NCBI RefSeq assembly: GCF_009914755.1 | Contig: NC_060947.1 | DNA length: 64,000 nt | Reading direction: 5' to 3' (one strand) | Source: the human T2T-CHM13v2.0 reference genome, Homo sapiens | Shown here: piece by piece, positions 41,321-55,165 of the stretch | How positions within the stretch are numbered: the stretch's first letter is position 1 | Layout: each line of letters starts with the position of its first letter | The notes under the pieces: generated by a model | The model's input: only the letters and a program-made list of their open reading frames with translations | The model's database searches: none | What the model was told of the DNA's origin: nothing | Translations under genes and position numbers: made by a program

Positions 41321-41852
41321 TGAGGAATTACCCAAAACATGTTCTCAAATTTAAGGGAGTTAATTCTATGAGCTTAAGTAAGAAGGAAACACAAAATAAG
41401 TAAGGTATTTTTATTTTAATTCCAGATTTTAAAAAATTATTTTCTTTTTTAATTGGCATCAGGCTTACTAGTCGTGGAGAGCTTTCAGGAAGCAATGAAA
41501 AGGTCTTTTAAATAAAAAGCCTTAGAGTATTTTTAATTAAACTTACTGGCCAAAAAAGAAGAGAGGCAAACCATTTGCAACTATATCCCCCTTGTACAAA
41601 GAGGTCTACAAAATGATGCTCTGAGAATGGGTACAGCCAGAACGTGAACATAAAATATTTTATGAAGGGTTAAAATAGAGGATCTTTAAAGAATGAGAAT
41701 TAACTCAGAAAAGAAGAACATGTAAAGAAATTTTCATCTTGGTACATTGGCATATTTCTATTTGCATTTTGGGTATAATAAAAAGCACTGGCTTATCATT
41801 TACAGCTATGTTTTATATTACTATTTGATAGGAGTTTTAAATCTCCCATCAG

Positions 41853-41881
41853 GTGCTTGCTTCGGCAGCACACATAATAAA
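41853..41881 (+). pseudogene. 3'-truncated (tailless) U6 snRNA retropseudogene
   Basis: GTGCTTGCTTCGGCAGCACACATAATAAA versus U6 nt 1-29 GTGCTCGCTTCGGCAGCACATATACTAAA (26/29). TSD AAATCTC(C/T)CATCAG at 41839-41852 and 41879-41892. Confidence 0.9.
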
Positions 41882-42482
41882 TCTCTCATCAGGATATAGA
41901 TGATATAGAAGGTACACATAATTATATAATAATCATTTTCTCTTTTTGGGCATCCTTGAATGTAGGCACAAACATATACAGCATAAACATGAACTGCCAT
42001 GTACAAGAAGAGGCAAATTCTGAGCATATGTATTTTATCTTAAAGAGGTGCTCACAGTTGAGAATGTTGCAAAAATTGTTGTTAGCAATATAGCAAAATA
42101 TTCACAAAATGGGAATGAGATATTTGAACCTTAATAAGTCATACAACTTTCCTTATTCCTGAGAAAGAAGACAATTTATTCTACTAAAAATCCACAAAAC
42201 TACAAAACCTTTAGACTCGCTTGAAAAAAAAAAATATATATATATATGCTTACACCAAAGCACCTGGTGTATACTACTTAATATAAATTACATATTAAAT
42301 ACAGTAATTACAATTTATGGCGTAATATGATAATTACAATTAGCATACCAAATTGTAAAGCATATGACTAATATACCCTTTCAACAGCACATGTGATTTC
42401 AGTCAAATGAGGAAAGTAATGCTTCAAATCACATACATTATATTTTAAAATATTAATTATAATAAATTTCTTACTATCACAT

Positions 42483-44045
42483 TTATTTTTTTAAGTTCCA
42501 GGGTACACGTATTGGATGTGTAGGTTTGTTATGTAGGTAAATGTGTGCCACGGTGGTATGGTGCACCTACAGACCCATTAGGTAGATATTGAGCCCAGCA
42601 TCCGTTAGCTATTTTTCCTGATGCTCTCCTCCTCTCCCAGCAACAGGCCCCAGTGTGTGTTGTTCTCTTCCCTGTGCCCATGTGTTCCCATTGTTCAGCT
42701 CCTACTTATAAGTGAGAACATGCAGTGTTTGGTTTTCTGTTCCCGCATTAGTTTGCTGAGAATAACAGCTTCCAGCTACATCCATGTCTCTGCAAAGGAC
42801 ATACTCTCATTCCTTTTTATGGCTGCATACTATTCCATGGTGTATATGTATCACATTTTCTTTATCCAGTCTATCATTGATGGGCATTTGGGTTGATTCT
42901 ATGTCTTTGCTATTGTGAATAGTGCTGCAATTAACATACAAATGCATGTATCTTTATAATAGGATGATTTATATTCCTTTGGGTATATATCCAGTAACGG
43001 CCTTGCTGGGTATTTCTGGTTCTAGTTCTTTGAGGAACCACCACACTGTCTTCCACAATGGATAAACTAATTTACATTCCCACCAACAGTGTAAAAGCAT
43101 TCCCATTTCTCTGAAACCATGCCAGCGTCTGTTGTATCTTGACTTTTTAAAAATCACCATTCTGTCTGGCGTGAGATGGTGTGCTGAGGCTAATATGGAT
43201 GAATTGAGAGAAGTAGGCTTCAAAGGTGGATAATAACAAACTTCCCTGAGCTAGAGGAGAATGTTCTAACCCAATGCAAACAAGCTAACAACCACGATAA
43301 AACGTAACAGGAGCGGATAACCAGAATAACCAGTTTACAGAGGAACATGAATGACCTGATAGAGCTGAGAAACGCAATACGACAACTCCACAATGAAATC
43401 ACATTGTCAATACCTGAATAGACCAAGCAGAGGAAAGAATCTCAGAGCTTGAAGACTATCTTGCTGAAATAAGACAGGCAGAAAAGATTAGAGAAAAAGA
43501 AAAGAATAAAAATGAATGTACAAAACGTCTGACAAATGTGGGATTATGTAAATTCTGAAGCAAAGACTGTTTGGGGAACCTGAAAGAGACGGGGAGAACG
43601 GAACCAAGTTGGAAATCACACTTCAGGATATCATCCAGGAGAACTTCTCCAATCTAGAAAGCCAGCCAAACATTCAAATTCAGGAAATACAAGATACTCA
43701 CTGAGCAGAAGCCAGCCCAACATTCAAATTCAGGGAATGCAAGATACTGAGCAGACCAACCCCAACATACGTAATCATACAATTCTCCAGGTTTAAATGA
43801 AAGAAAAAATGTTAAGGACAGCCAGAGAAAAAGGCCAGGTTACCTACAAAGGGAAGCCCATCAGGGTAACAGCAGATCTCTCAGCAGAAACCCTATAAGC
43901 CAGTAGAGATTGGGGGCTAATATTCAACACCGTGAAAGAAAAGAATTTCCAAGGCAGAATTTCATATCCAGACAAAGTAAGCTTCATAAGTGAAGGAAGA
44001 ATAAAATCTTTTCCAGACAAGCAAATGTTGATGGAATTCGTCACT
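42483..44045 (-). mobile_element. L1PA-type element with inverted 5' part (3' end on minus 42483-43180; ORF1 region on plus 43181-44045)
   Basis: Minus part encodes ORF2 C-terminus LLHCWWECKLV.PLWK. Plus part has ORF1 DNA (ggttacctacaaagggaagcccatcag, agaatttcatatccag). TSD-like ACTATCACATTT / ACTATCGTATTT. Confidence 0.88.
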
Positions 44046-45096
44046 ATCGTATTTCATAATTATGATCAAGATAAAATATATATCGATCAGGGCCAAGGCA
44101 ATTAGAAAAAACTGCACAAATTACAAGTATGTTTATAAAAAATTACAGGGAATCATGATCATTTGAGTTTTTAAAGAAGTCAATCCAGGGTATATTTGCC
44201 CTCTTTTCTCATTGTAAGCCTCCAGATAGCAAGAGTTATTATCTCTCCAACATTTAGAAAAAAAGTATTTTCTATCTTCTTAGGCTACCTTCTAATCAAC
44301 TTAAATACCCTCAGCTTGTGTCCAGGTATTATTCAAGTCAAATCTGAGTTTGAAATGCAAGAGAGCAGTCCTCCTAGCTGATTATTTTTTCACGTTTTGA
44401 TCTCTTGCCATGCAACTGCTTCAAAAGGTCAAAAATGCCTCAAAGCTCTGACCTGAACAGCAATCATACGCGCAAGCAGTGTTCTTTATATGAGTACAAC
44501 TGGGTGCCTTGTCATCTCAATCACGATTTCCACACCCTGCCTCACAATAGGTTTTAACCATTATGAGAACTTTGCTCATTCTTTATACTAATTATTTAAA
44601 AGAATTTTTGAAACAATTGAGTATATCATGTGAGTAGTCATTAATGAAACTCATTTTTCTCCCACAATCATTATAGAAAATGTACATACAAGTGAGCTTT
44701 GTTCTTCAAAGTCACAACCTTACAGCTCATATTCTTGGAATTCTCCTTATGTAATTTTAATCAAGGTCAATTTAACATGGATAAAAGAAAATCAGTTGCT
44801 CTTATATGATACTATTTCGCTGTTGTCTCTGTTTACCTCCTTTTAATTTCTCTTTTCCTGAGTAGCTCCATTTCTACCTTCCTGTGAGCTCAAAAACAGC
44901 CAGCAAAGATTTGGATCAATCCCATGACAGCATAATTTTTGGAAAGGCAATGAGAGAAAACTGAAACATAAGCTTAAGAAAAACTCAAGCTTAGTGTTCT
45001 GGAAAACAACTTACATGATGTTAAGTCCTTTTATTTATTTCTAGCCCACAATAGGAGCGTGTAACTGTTTGAAAATAAAATTAAAAGGAGATAGTG

Positions 45097-45458
<362 letters not shown>

Positions 45459-45899
45459 TCAAACTCAACCTTTTTCCCCTCAAATGCTTTCTTGTCTATG
45501 CCTCCATTTTATCTTCATTGTATCCCTATGAGCAAGTGAAGAGATACATGCTGTAATGCATGTTGGACTTTATTTCATAAAGAACCATGCAAATCAAAAC
45601 CAGTATTCTTTTATTATAGAATTATACAAGTTGGAAGACATCACGTCAATTGCCTAGGTGGTGGTCTCATAATTTCTAGGGAATTAAAAATAAGGCTTCA
45701 AATGCTTTTCTACCAATTGGAATAATCAAATCAGTAATATTTCGATGACATGTACAAACTTCATCAAAAAGTAGTCCCATTCCAAGGGAATGAGCATATT
45801 TATATAGTGTATTCCCAAGAAGCTCTCCCTTTTCACATTTCAGGGAGCATTGTGGAAAACCAGAATGTTGGGATTCACACACATATCACTGTCTATTTT

Positions 45900-46100
45900 C
45901 TTTAAACATTTATTTTAGGCTCAGGAGTACATATGAAGGTTTGTTACATAGGTAAATGTGTGTCACAGGGGTTTGCTTACCAATTATTTCATCACCCAGG
46001 TATTAAGCCCAGTATCCAATAGTCTTATTTACTGCTCATCTACTTCCTCCCACCCTCCCACCTCAAGTAGATCCCAGTGTATGTTGATCCCCTCTATGGT
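45900..46100 (-). mobile_element. L1 3'-end fragment, followed by a MER5-type remnant to ~46250
   Basis: ggtttgttacataggtaaa...tatttcatcacccaggtattaagcccagta...cctcccaccctcccacc. Confidence 0.8.
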
Positions 46101-47739
46101 CTGCAGATTGTATCAAAGGCTTAGTAAAGATGTAGATTTTTAGGTCCTTATCACAGCTTATGGATGAGATTTTCTGAGCAAAATGTTTAGGAATATGCAT
46201 TTTAATTAGCTCCTCAGGTGGCTACTATGCAGACTCAAGTTTGAGAACCACTCCATGCAATGCAAATGAACTAGAAGATGACCTACAGTTAACTGTTACA
46301 GCTCCCTAAACATGTCCCTTAAAAGGGATGCACGTCAAAATAACTTTCTTTATCAAATAATGGCAATCTTTCTTAACACGGCAACTGACCATTTTATGGC
46401 AGCAATAATCTGTGGAAGCAATGGGTACATATGGGAATACTCTCAGTGTTGGGTTAAAAAGTATCAAATTGACTAATGTCTCATGTATTTATTACATAAA
46501 TACCAATGTATTGCAAAGAAGCCATGGGCAGATCACATAAAACAGGAGGAATCATAATATAGTACTAAAACTACTATTAGGTCAATTAATTGCTAAAGTA
46601 TGTTTAATGGAAAACAAATGGAGTTTTTATTATGTAATGATTGTGTGGGAAATTATTACAATTTATATTCATATTTCTTCAAATTATAATTTTTTAACGT
46701 AAAATTGGATTAAAAGTAACATTGAACTGTGATTGAAAATCATATAGGCTGGTTTATTACGCTGTCTTAAATTGTATTCCTGGAGGCAATACTACAAACT
46801 TCATGTCTCCAAAAGGCATTTCCTAAGTGCTACTTATCAGATGTCAGGTCTCAAGAAAACAAATTCCATGTACTTGTCTCAATATAGAGGAAATATTTGC
46901 CTAAAATCTATTGAATATGGAAGTGTATGCCTGTGCATTGAGCTATGAATTTTGAGTAAAGTTATTCCTTATAATGCCAGGCTATGTGGCAGAATATGTT
47001 AAATACTATTATATATAATGTTTATATCTTGAATGACTACTCATTATTCTACCATCCAACTACATAAGACAAAAAGAGGTTCAACTTTTAACGATACCCC
47101 ATTTTAGTGACTAAATCTTTAAAAATTATTATAATAAAACCACATACCCCAAATGTAGCTGAGATGTTTTCATAATCTACAGCCCGTATGTGTTAGTATA
47201 ACTAAGCCACATTCATAATTTTATGAAATCAGCAGTCTATGGCAGAAAAGGTACAATAGTCAGATAATTAACTACACTAATAAAAAACTTTCCAAGAAAT
47301 CAAAAGACCTGAACCCTAGTTCTCCTACCACTAACTTCTCTTGAAAAATTTACTTTTCTTCCCTAAGTTTCATTTTTCTCAAGAGTAAAACGGAGTTGGC
47401 TAATGTTCCTCGTGGTTCTAGCAATCTCTGATTTGGGGTTAGACTGTGATTATACAGTTCCCAGCATTTTGTTCGCCTGCTCTAAGTCACTCAGTTCCCC
47501 GTTACTATTGGGCTGGAAGAAATTCACTCTAGGGCAGTAACAAGTTCAGTTAATTAGCACTCTACCTCACCACCATTCTCCAACAACAAGACAGGCAAAA
47601 GAATCATGTTTTTATTTAACTAAACACAGGGCAAAAACTAATCTGGTTGCTTCTTTTGTAGGGTTATAATGTCACTCTCTTAATGCAGGTTTAAAAAATC
47701 TCTGAGATAGTCTGTAGCATGATAATTGGTATCACTAAC

Positions 47740-47919
47740 CTGTGCTGTACTCTTTTCAAGTTTTTGGACTAAATTATCCCAACACCGGGCAAAGTTATCC
47801 AGCCATGCTTCCGTCTTCTGGGTCACTGACTTATTCTTCAGTGTTGAAAGAAGATCTTGTTTGAGTGAATACAGTTTGCCCATGGATTGCTTTTTCTTTT
47901 CTAGATCCGCTTTTAAAAC
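47740..47919 (-). CDS. DMD: Dystrophin exon 16 (180 nt; spectrin repeat 3)
   Basis: Translates VLKADLEKKKQSMGKLYSLKQDLLSTLKNKSVTQKTEAWLDNFARCWDNLVQKLEKSTAQ. Acceptor TTTTAACAG, donor GTTAGT. Phase 0-0. Confidence 0.99.
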
Positions 47920-49400
47920 CTGTTAAAACAAGAAAGATCACAGAATAAGCCTGGGTTGCATTCCATACACCACTATAGTTCAATCTGCTTTTGCGTGTAT
48001 TTGCTCATTTGCATAGATAAGAAAATATTTCAATCGTGCCCGCAAAGGATCAAAAGTTCAGAAAAATAGAGGTAGAAAGTTATAATCTATCTAATTATCC
48101 CAAGAAGTTTGAAGAGAAAAGAAGAGAAAAGAAACTCAAACGTAGAATAAAGACCTACTAGAGGTAATTAAGAGCTACCTTGAAATATTTGAAGAAAATC
48201 CAAGTGAAAAGGTAATATTGCTTCAAAAGGCAAAACAGAGATCAACATGTGGAAATTAGAAGGCACGGATCTTGGATTTCCCCTTAATTCCTGACGGAAT
48301 TCAAACGAAAACTGACAATCAGGTACCAGGAGTACTGAAGAAAAGCTAGTGAGCTGAGAAAATGAGAATGGCTAAGGAAACTTGCCATTCTGAAATGCTG
48401 TGATTATTTGGATAAAATTACAATATTATTGTTTCCACAGTTTTAACATTCGGTTCATTATTTGGAGATAAAATCTCATTATGTGATTTACTGACCATAA
48501 AATTTTTGTAGCATCCATTAATCAATTAACATCTGGTTATTTGAGTAATTATTTTTTAAAACTAATTGTAGAGCCCATTAAGTAAAAGAACTAAGTCGCT
48601 GGGCATGACATAAATGCTTCAGCATCTCTTTTCAGAGTTTATAAATACTTATGTGTCTTATGAAGCAATTTTTATACCATTTATATTTCCAAAGTTCCTG
48701 TGAGCTGTGGAGGGTTACAAACTCCCTTTGGTTGATTTGAAAGGAATAAGTGGTTTATGTGAAATCAGTAAATCAGGGCAGTTTTTCTTTTACTTGACTC
48801 AGTAACTTTGCCTGATACACAGACAAATTCAATTCCTGGGTACTGAACATTACTCCCTGACTTAATCTGTAAACAAAGGAGAAGAAGGAAGAGAAATAAA
48901 GGAGAAAATTATCTTACAGCCACTTAACAACCCCATATTTGGCAGCAAATACAATGAATGTAAACTAAATCGCGATACCTGTCTTTCCGAAACAAATGTA
49001 AGTTTATTTAAGAACTAACATACCACAGAGCAAATTGTCATGACACAAATGCACCAATTGCCCATGAAGCAAAGTGCCCCAAACCTAGAGCAGTCAATAC
49101 ACCTTCCTGAAAAGGACAATCTAAGTAGCCCATTTTGGCATGGCACCTGCATTGATAGCTCTGAACTGCAGAATGCTCTAGTGGCTCCTTCAATTAGTTT
49201 GTCTTTTACTCAGAATCTGCTTCACCTGGAGTATGTTATAGTTCAGTCTTCATGCCATTTTTAAGGGGAAACAAAGCAAGATTTAAGTTTCATCTCTAAT
49301 TTTTCCTTAACAATAAGTTCAGTATTTTTCTAAGTTTGAAAGAATGCAATAGACCAAAATACAAATTAAGATATTATACACTGAATTCAAATCAAAATAA

Positions 49401-49741
<341 letters not shown>

Positions 49742-50270
49742 TAGGTTTTGCATATTCATTTTGTTTAATTCACTTGTTAGTTTTCCATTAAATTTAAGTG
49801 AATATTTGCATTAGTACTAGAACAAAGGTTGATGCTACCTGTCCCAAGCTGAGAGCCATATTTGAATTTCAATGTATATTCCTCCAGTTATAGTGTCATT
49901 TTTTTTCTTTACTATGGAAAGAGGCACAATATACACAAAGACACAAATCTAAAAATAAAAAAAAAATCTAAGTACAATCCTCTTTGACTTACTTACTCAG
50001 AATGTTAGAAACTATTTTAAATAGCCATATGTGTAAGGCTGAATAGTCTACCCATTATTTAAACAAAATATGTAATGATTTGGAAACATGTCAGAAGAGG
50101 AGTGTGAGAATTATGTTTAAAGAAGAGGATTGCAATAAAAACCTATGAGTAACCTCATGGTACCTAAACAAATGAAAATAAGCCTCCTGTTTTATTATTA
50201 AGCCACATGAAGAAACATTTGGTAAGCATTACAAAAATGAAAGTGAAAGTCACCATTAAAAATAAAATTA

Positions 50271-50561
50271 GAGGTGGTGGCTCACGCCTATAATCTCAGC
50301 ACTTTGGGAGGCTGAGGCGGGCGGATCACGAGGTCAGGAGTTCCAGATCAGCCTGGCCAACATAGTGAAACCTCGTCTGTACTAAAAATACAAAAATTAG
50401 CTGGGAATGTTGGTGCATGCCTGTGGTCCCAGCGACTCAGGAAGCTGAGGCAAGGAATCGCTGGAACCAGGGAGGCAGAGGTTGCCCTGAGCCGAGATCA
50501 CACCACTGCACTCCAGCCTGGGCAACAGAGCAAGACTCCATCTCAAGAAAAAAAAAAAAAA
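50271..50561 (+). mobile_element. AluS element, slightly 5'-truncated
   Basis: ggtggctcacgcctataatctcagcactttggg...A tail. Confidence 0.95.
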
Positions 50562-51464
50562 TCCAATTAGGAAAAAAGTGCACTCAAGGTAAAGTAAAAT
50601 CAATGTTATAATTACATTGTGTGATTATTGAATAAATGAATTTTTATATGTCTATATGACAAAAACACTGAACCCAGACTTATACCTAGTAAATTTTAGA
50701 TATGAGTATCAAAAATGATGATGGCAGATTAGTTGTTTGGTCTCAGTTTCTCTCTCTTTTTCTGTCTTTCAGTAGTCATCTCCCAGTTCCAGAACTCCCC
50801 CAGGATTATTAACTGAGGGAGGAAAAGAAAGAAAATCCATGATGGGGCCAGATACATTAGATCATAGAATTCATTAGAATTACCTTGTCCTGTCTATCCA
50901 TTGATGCTGATTCTTTTAAGCTTAGGTCTTACATGTGCATATTAAATAACTATGATTTGTTACTAATTATTGCATAAAATATGTATTTCTACATATCAAT
51001 AATTAACCATAGGTCTATGAGTGCCAGAGACCCATAGAGCTCTAGAAAATTCAGGTGGCAAAAGGAAGATCTAGAGAATGTGTACAAGGCAAAGGCCAGC
51101 TGGGATAGTAAAAGAATAAACAGACTTTATTTTTATAGAAGCCAGGAATGTAGACCTACCTCCAAGGTAGGGAGGAAGGTACAGTCAATAAATCAGACTG
51201 GGTCAGTAGTGGATATGGAGAAGAGACAGATAAGCTGTTCAAGATGATTTGAAGTGAAAAGATAATGTATCCTTACAAAAGGCCCAGGAAACCTTCACCT
51301 CACTCTCATCAGGAATACGCATAAGAGAATAATGCCAAGACAATTTCTCCTATATTGGCAAAATTGAGTTTTCCACCTATATTATGTGTAGTTACTTATC
51401 TACATGTAAGATGTGCTCCAATTCATTCTAATCACCAGTTGTACTTTGGGAGGTTGATCTATTA

Positions 51465-51650
51465 CAGAGGTTCTCATCTTGAAAGAACATCAGAATTACC
51501 TGAAAGGCTTGTTAGAATGCAGATGACTAGGCTCCACTTCCAGAGTTTCTAAATCAGTAGGTCTGAAGATGGCCTAACAATGTGCATTCCTAACAAATTT
51601 CCTTGATACTGATGCTGCCGGTCGGGGGAACACATTTTGAGAAGCATTGA
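51465..51650. mobile_element. MER5A MITE
   Basis: cagaggttctca...catcagaattacctg...cagagtttctaaatcagtaggtctg...tttgagaagcattg. Confidence 0.75.
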
Positions 51651-53379
51651 TCCTGTCTGAATTAATTATTTGAGGGCCATCCCAGGAGTTGAGGTAAAGG
51701 TAGCAAGTCAAACAGGAACTTGCTCAGTTACCATGAGCACTTCATCCATGTCCTTTGATCCCACAGCCATTTGAGAATATCTTCAATTCCTAAGTACTTC
51801 TGTAGCCCTTATATACCATAATCTCTTGGATCACCCTGCTTCCCCAGAGCTGTCCTTCCCCAGCAAATGCCAACAGTCCCCACAGCAGAAATACATTTAC
51901 TCAGGAACAGGTTTCTTCTTGACTTGGATCTTCCCACGATAATTTACGTGATTCTACAAGTCTTATAATTCACCTCATAAAAGCTACTGTTTCTTCTTTC
52001 CCTTCATTTTTATCCCTGATGCCAAATCAGTTTAAAACTTAAATCAGTTTTGATTATAAAAAATAATAGATCTACATGATTTGGATATGAATCCCAAAGA
52101 TCTAGAGCAAATTAAATGTCATAATCCCCACCTCCCACCTCAATGGCAAGCAGGACACAATCCCATGGGTTATCAGTGATACTATTTTGAAACAAATTAC
52201 ACTTATTGTAAAGAGAAGAGAGTTTAGCACAGTGTATCTATACCTAGACATGTAGTGAAAACTGGTGACAGATGGTACCTGTTTTGGGTCTCAGATTGTG
52301 ACATATTTTAATGAACATTAAATTCTTATTCACTGCCTGAGTCAGCAAAGGAATTTTACCTCAAATTCTAGACCAGCTGTCAGGTTTTGTTAATTGGCTT
52401 AAACTATCAAATGACAAGACCTATAGAAAACATATTTTCTCTTTGTTCACAAGGTGACATAACACAAATTTTAATCCTATTGGAAAATTATTGACTTTCT
52501 TAAAAGAGCATTTTTATGGCCCTGAGGCTAGCCAAGATTTCTGCTCACAAAAATGTTAACATAGAGGCACATTATTGTTAGAAATGACAGTTCTCAGTTG
52601 CAGTTATTTTTTCCAAGGAATCAACTGATATGAGGACTACTGAAATAGATTGAAAGGCCTGGACCTGAGTCTGGATGTCTTAGTGTTCATTTTAAGTCTG
52701 ATACTAATGTTGTAGGATACAGATCCTGTGTTTTTTCTTGATCTCGATTTTCTCTTGGAAACAAACTGAGTAGATGGTCCTAATGAACTTTACATGTGTA
52801 ATGAGATTGAAGAAACACTAGATGAGATGCAAAATCTCATCTAGCTTTAACATATTTGGATTTTGTCAGTTTGTGGCTTCCTAAGAACAACTTTCTTGAT
52901 TGGTAAATCTAGTCAACAATATATGCAGGAACTTTGACTAGATATTAAGATTTGGAATTTATCATCATGTAAAATAACTGTACTATTCTGGCATGTGGTA
53001 CTTTCCAAAGATGGCTGTAAAATATCCTCATCTCAGATGCTTTGCTATAACTTGACCTTGGTGTTTCTCCATGAGGAAATGAAATCTAATTCCCTTTTCC
53101 TTGAATCTGGGCAGGCTTGTGACTTTTTCAGCACACAGAATATGACTGACCATCACCATTATGATTGACCGTCTGAAGCACATGATTCTGTATTTAACTA
53201 GCAATATATCTTCGCTCCTAATCAGAGGGCATGACTGCATTTTGATAATCAGTGGTCACTCACTTATTTACTGAAAGGATTCACATTTTGCCTGAGAAGA
53301 ACAATGTTTGTAAGGAATATTCTGCTTTAAGGAGATGTAATCCATGCATCCATTCCTCTAGATATGATAGAATCCCTCA

Positions 53380-54060
53380 TGAATTTATCCTCTCCTCTCT
53401 GTGGCATGTGACAGTGTGTACCACTTCCTACTTTTTTGAAATCTTTATTCTCCTCACTTTTGTGATACCACTTTCCCCTTGTGGTATCTGCTCAATCTTT
53501 TGGTCAACATCTTATCCTCTGCCTACTCCTTGATTGTAGACATTCCTCCCTGAAATCTATTCGTTTCACTTAATGTGTCACTCTACACAATCCCTCAGAA
53601 GCATTTTGATTGCTTCTGAATCAATAACTAGTCATGAACCATTTTCTGAGATTCTAGTTGTGTAAACCAACTGATTAATGGAAAGGATTTTTAACTTGGA
53701 TGTCTCAAAGACATTTTACACGGAATATATCCAAATCTGAAATAATTATCATTTTTGTCATTCCAGCAATTCCTCTTCTATTCTCCTGTTAGGGCTAATA
53801 ACCCTCCTAGGAACCCAGTCACCCAAATGAAATGTCTAGGAACCATTTCAAACTTCTGCCTCTTATCACAAGTTTCATTCATCACATCTTAACATTCTAA
53901 TGTTTCTCTTCTTATCTTAATGCCCAATGCTACTTAGTTCAGGTCTTCTGATTAGTCCTCGTACCATCAAACATCTTCCTACCAAAAAGAATTACAAAAA
54001 TGCAAATATGATTCTTTTGCAAACTCTCAATGGCTCCCCATCAGCTGCAGGCCAAAACTA
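53380..54060 (+). mobile_element. L2 fragment
   Basis: acttggatgtctcaaagaca...tatccaaatctgaa...ctctcaatggctccccatc. Confidence 0.6.
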
Positions 54061-54756
54061 CAAATACAGCTGATATTTTTGCACTCGTGTTTTCAAACAT
54101 ATACAGGTTACTTTTCTGAACTCTATTTTCGGCAGTCACATCACTTAATAAAGTCCATATTCTTTGAGCAATAATTTCTTATCAATAATAAGCTAGCTTG
54201 TAATAACAAGTAATACATAAGTGAATCTATTTTAAATTAAAAGACCAATGAGGGTTAGCATTTATGGAGCAAAAAAAATGTATGAAACAAATAAATAGCT
54301 GGTAAAATGGTACGTATTTAAAATGAGTGGAAAAATTTACTTAAGTTTAGAAATTATTGCATTATTATGAAGTACAATGCAATAATAAAGGTGAAATTAT
54401 GGAACACTACTTACAACCATTTTGTTTTATAAAAGTTCATATCAAATGAACATTTAATCAAATCTATCAAAAATTTTAAGAAATCATAAAGTAGAATATG
54501 TCACGTGAAAAATTAAACTCATAGTATCAGACCGGCCTCTTTTACTAGAAATGATAAAATTCACAGAGTAAGAGAAACTTTAGAGTTTTTTTTTTTTTTT
54601 TTAAATCTTGGAAATTCCTGCTGAAACCAAATGCTTCAATGAAGTCTTTTCTGAAATCCATTTATTGCCAAAGAAATCTCATTCTCAAAACACTCGAGGT
54701 ATTTATAATCAATGTCATTTGATAGGCTTTAATTTTTTTTTGCTTGAAAAACTAGG

Positions 54757-55165
54757 TGATATTGTTTGGATCTCTGTTCTCCAAATCTCATGTTGAAATG
54801 TGATTCCCAGCATTGGAGGTAGGGCCTGGTGGGAGGTGATTGGCTCATGAGGGCGGATGTCTCATGAATGGCTTAGCACAATCCCTTTCATGATGAGTCA
54901 GTTCCCATTCAGTTAGTTCACATGAAATCTGGTTGTTTAAAAGAGTCTGGGACCTTCCTCTTATCTCTTTTGTTTCCACTCTTGCAATGTGATATACACT
55001 GGCTCCCCTTCTCCTTCTGCCATGATTGTAAGCTTCCTGAGGCACTTACCAGGAGCAGATGCTGGTGTCATGCTTCTTGTACAGCCTGCAGAACCATGAG
55101 CCAGTTAAACCTCTTTATTTCATAAGTTACCCAGTCCCAGTCTCAGGTACCCCTTTATAATAAAC
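54757..55165 (+). mobile_element. MSTA/MSTB-type MaLR LTR
   Basis: tgatattgtttggatctctg...aaatctcatgttgaaatgtgattcccagc...cagcctgcagaaccatgagccagttaaacctc. Confidence 0.88.

Noticed and set aside
47680-47883. ORF starting MGKLYS and extending past exon 16
   Set aside because: Internal Met of exon 16 read through the donor into the intron; no evidence of a separate isoform.
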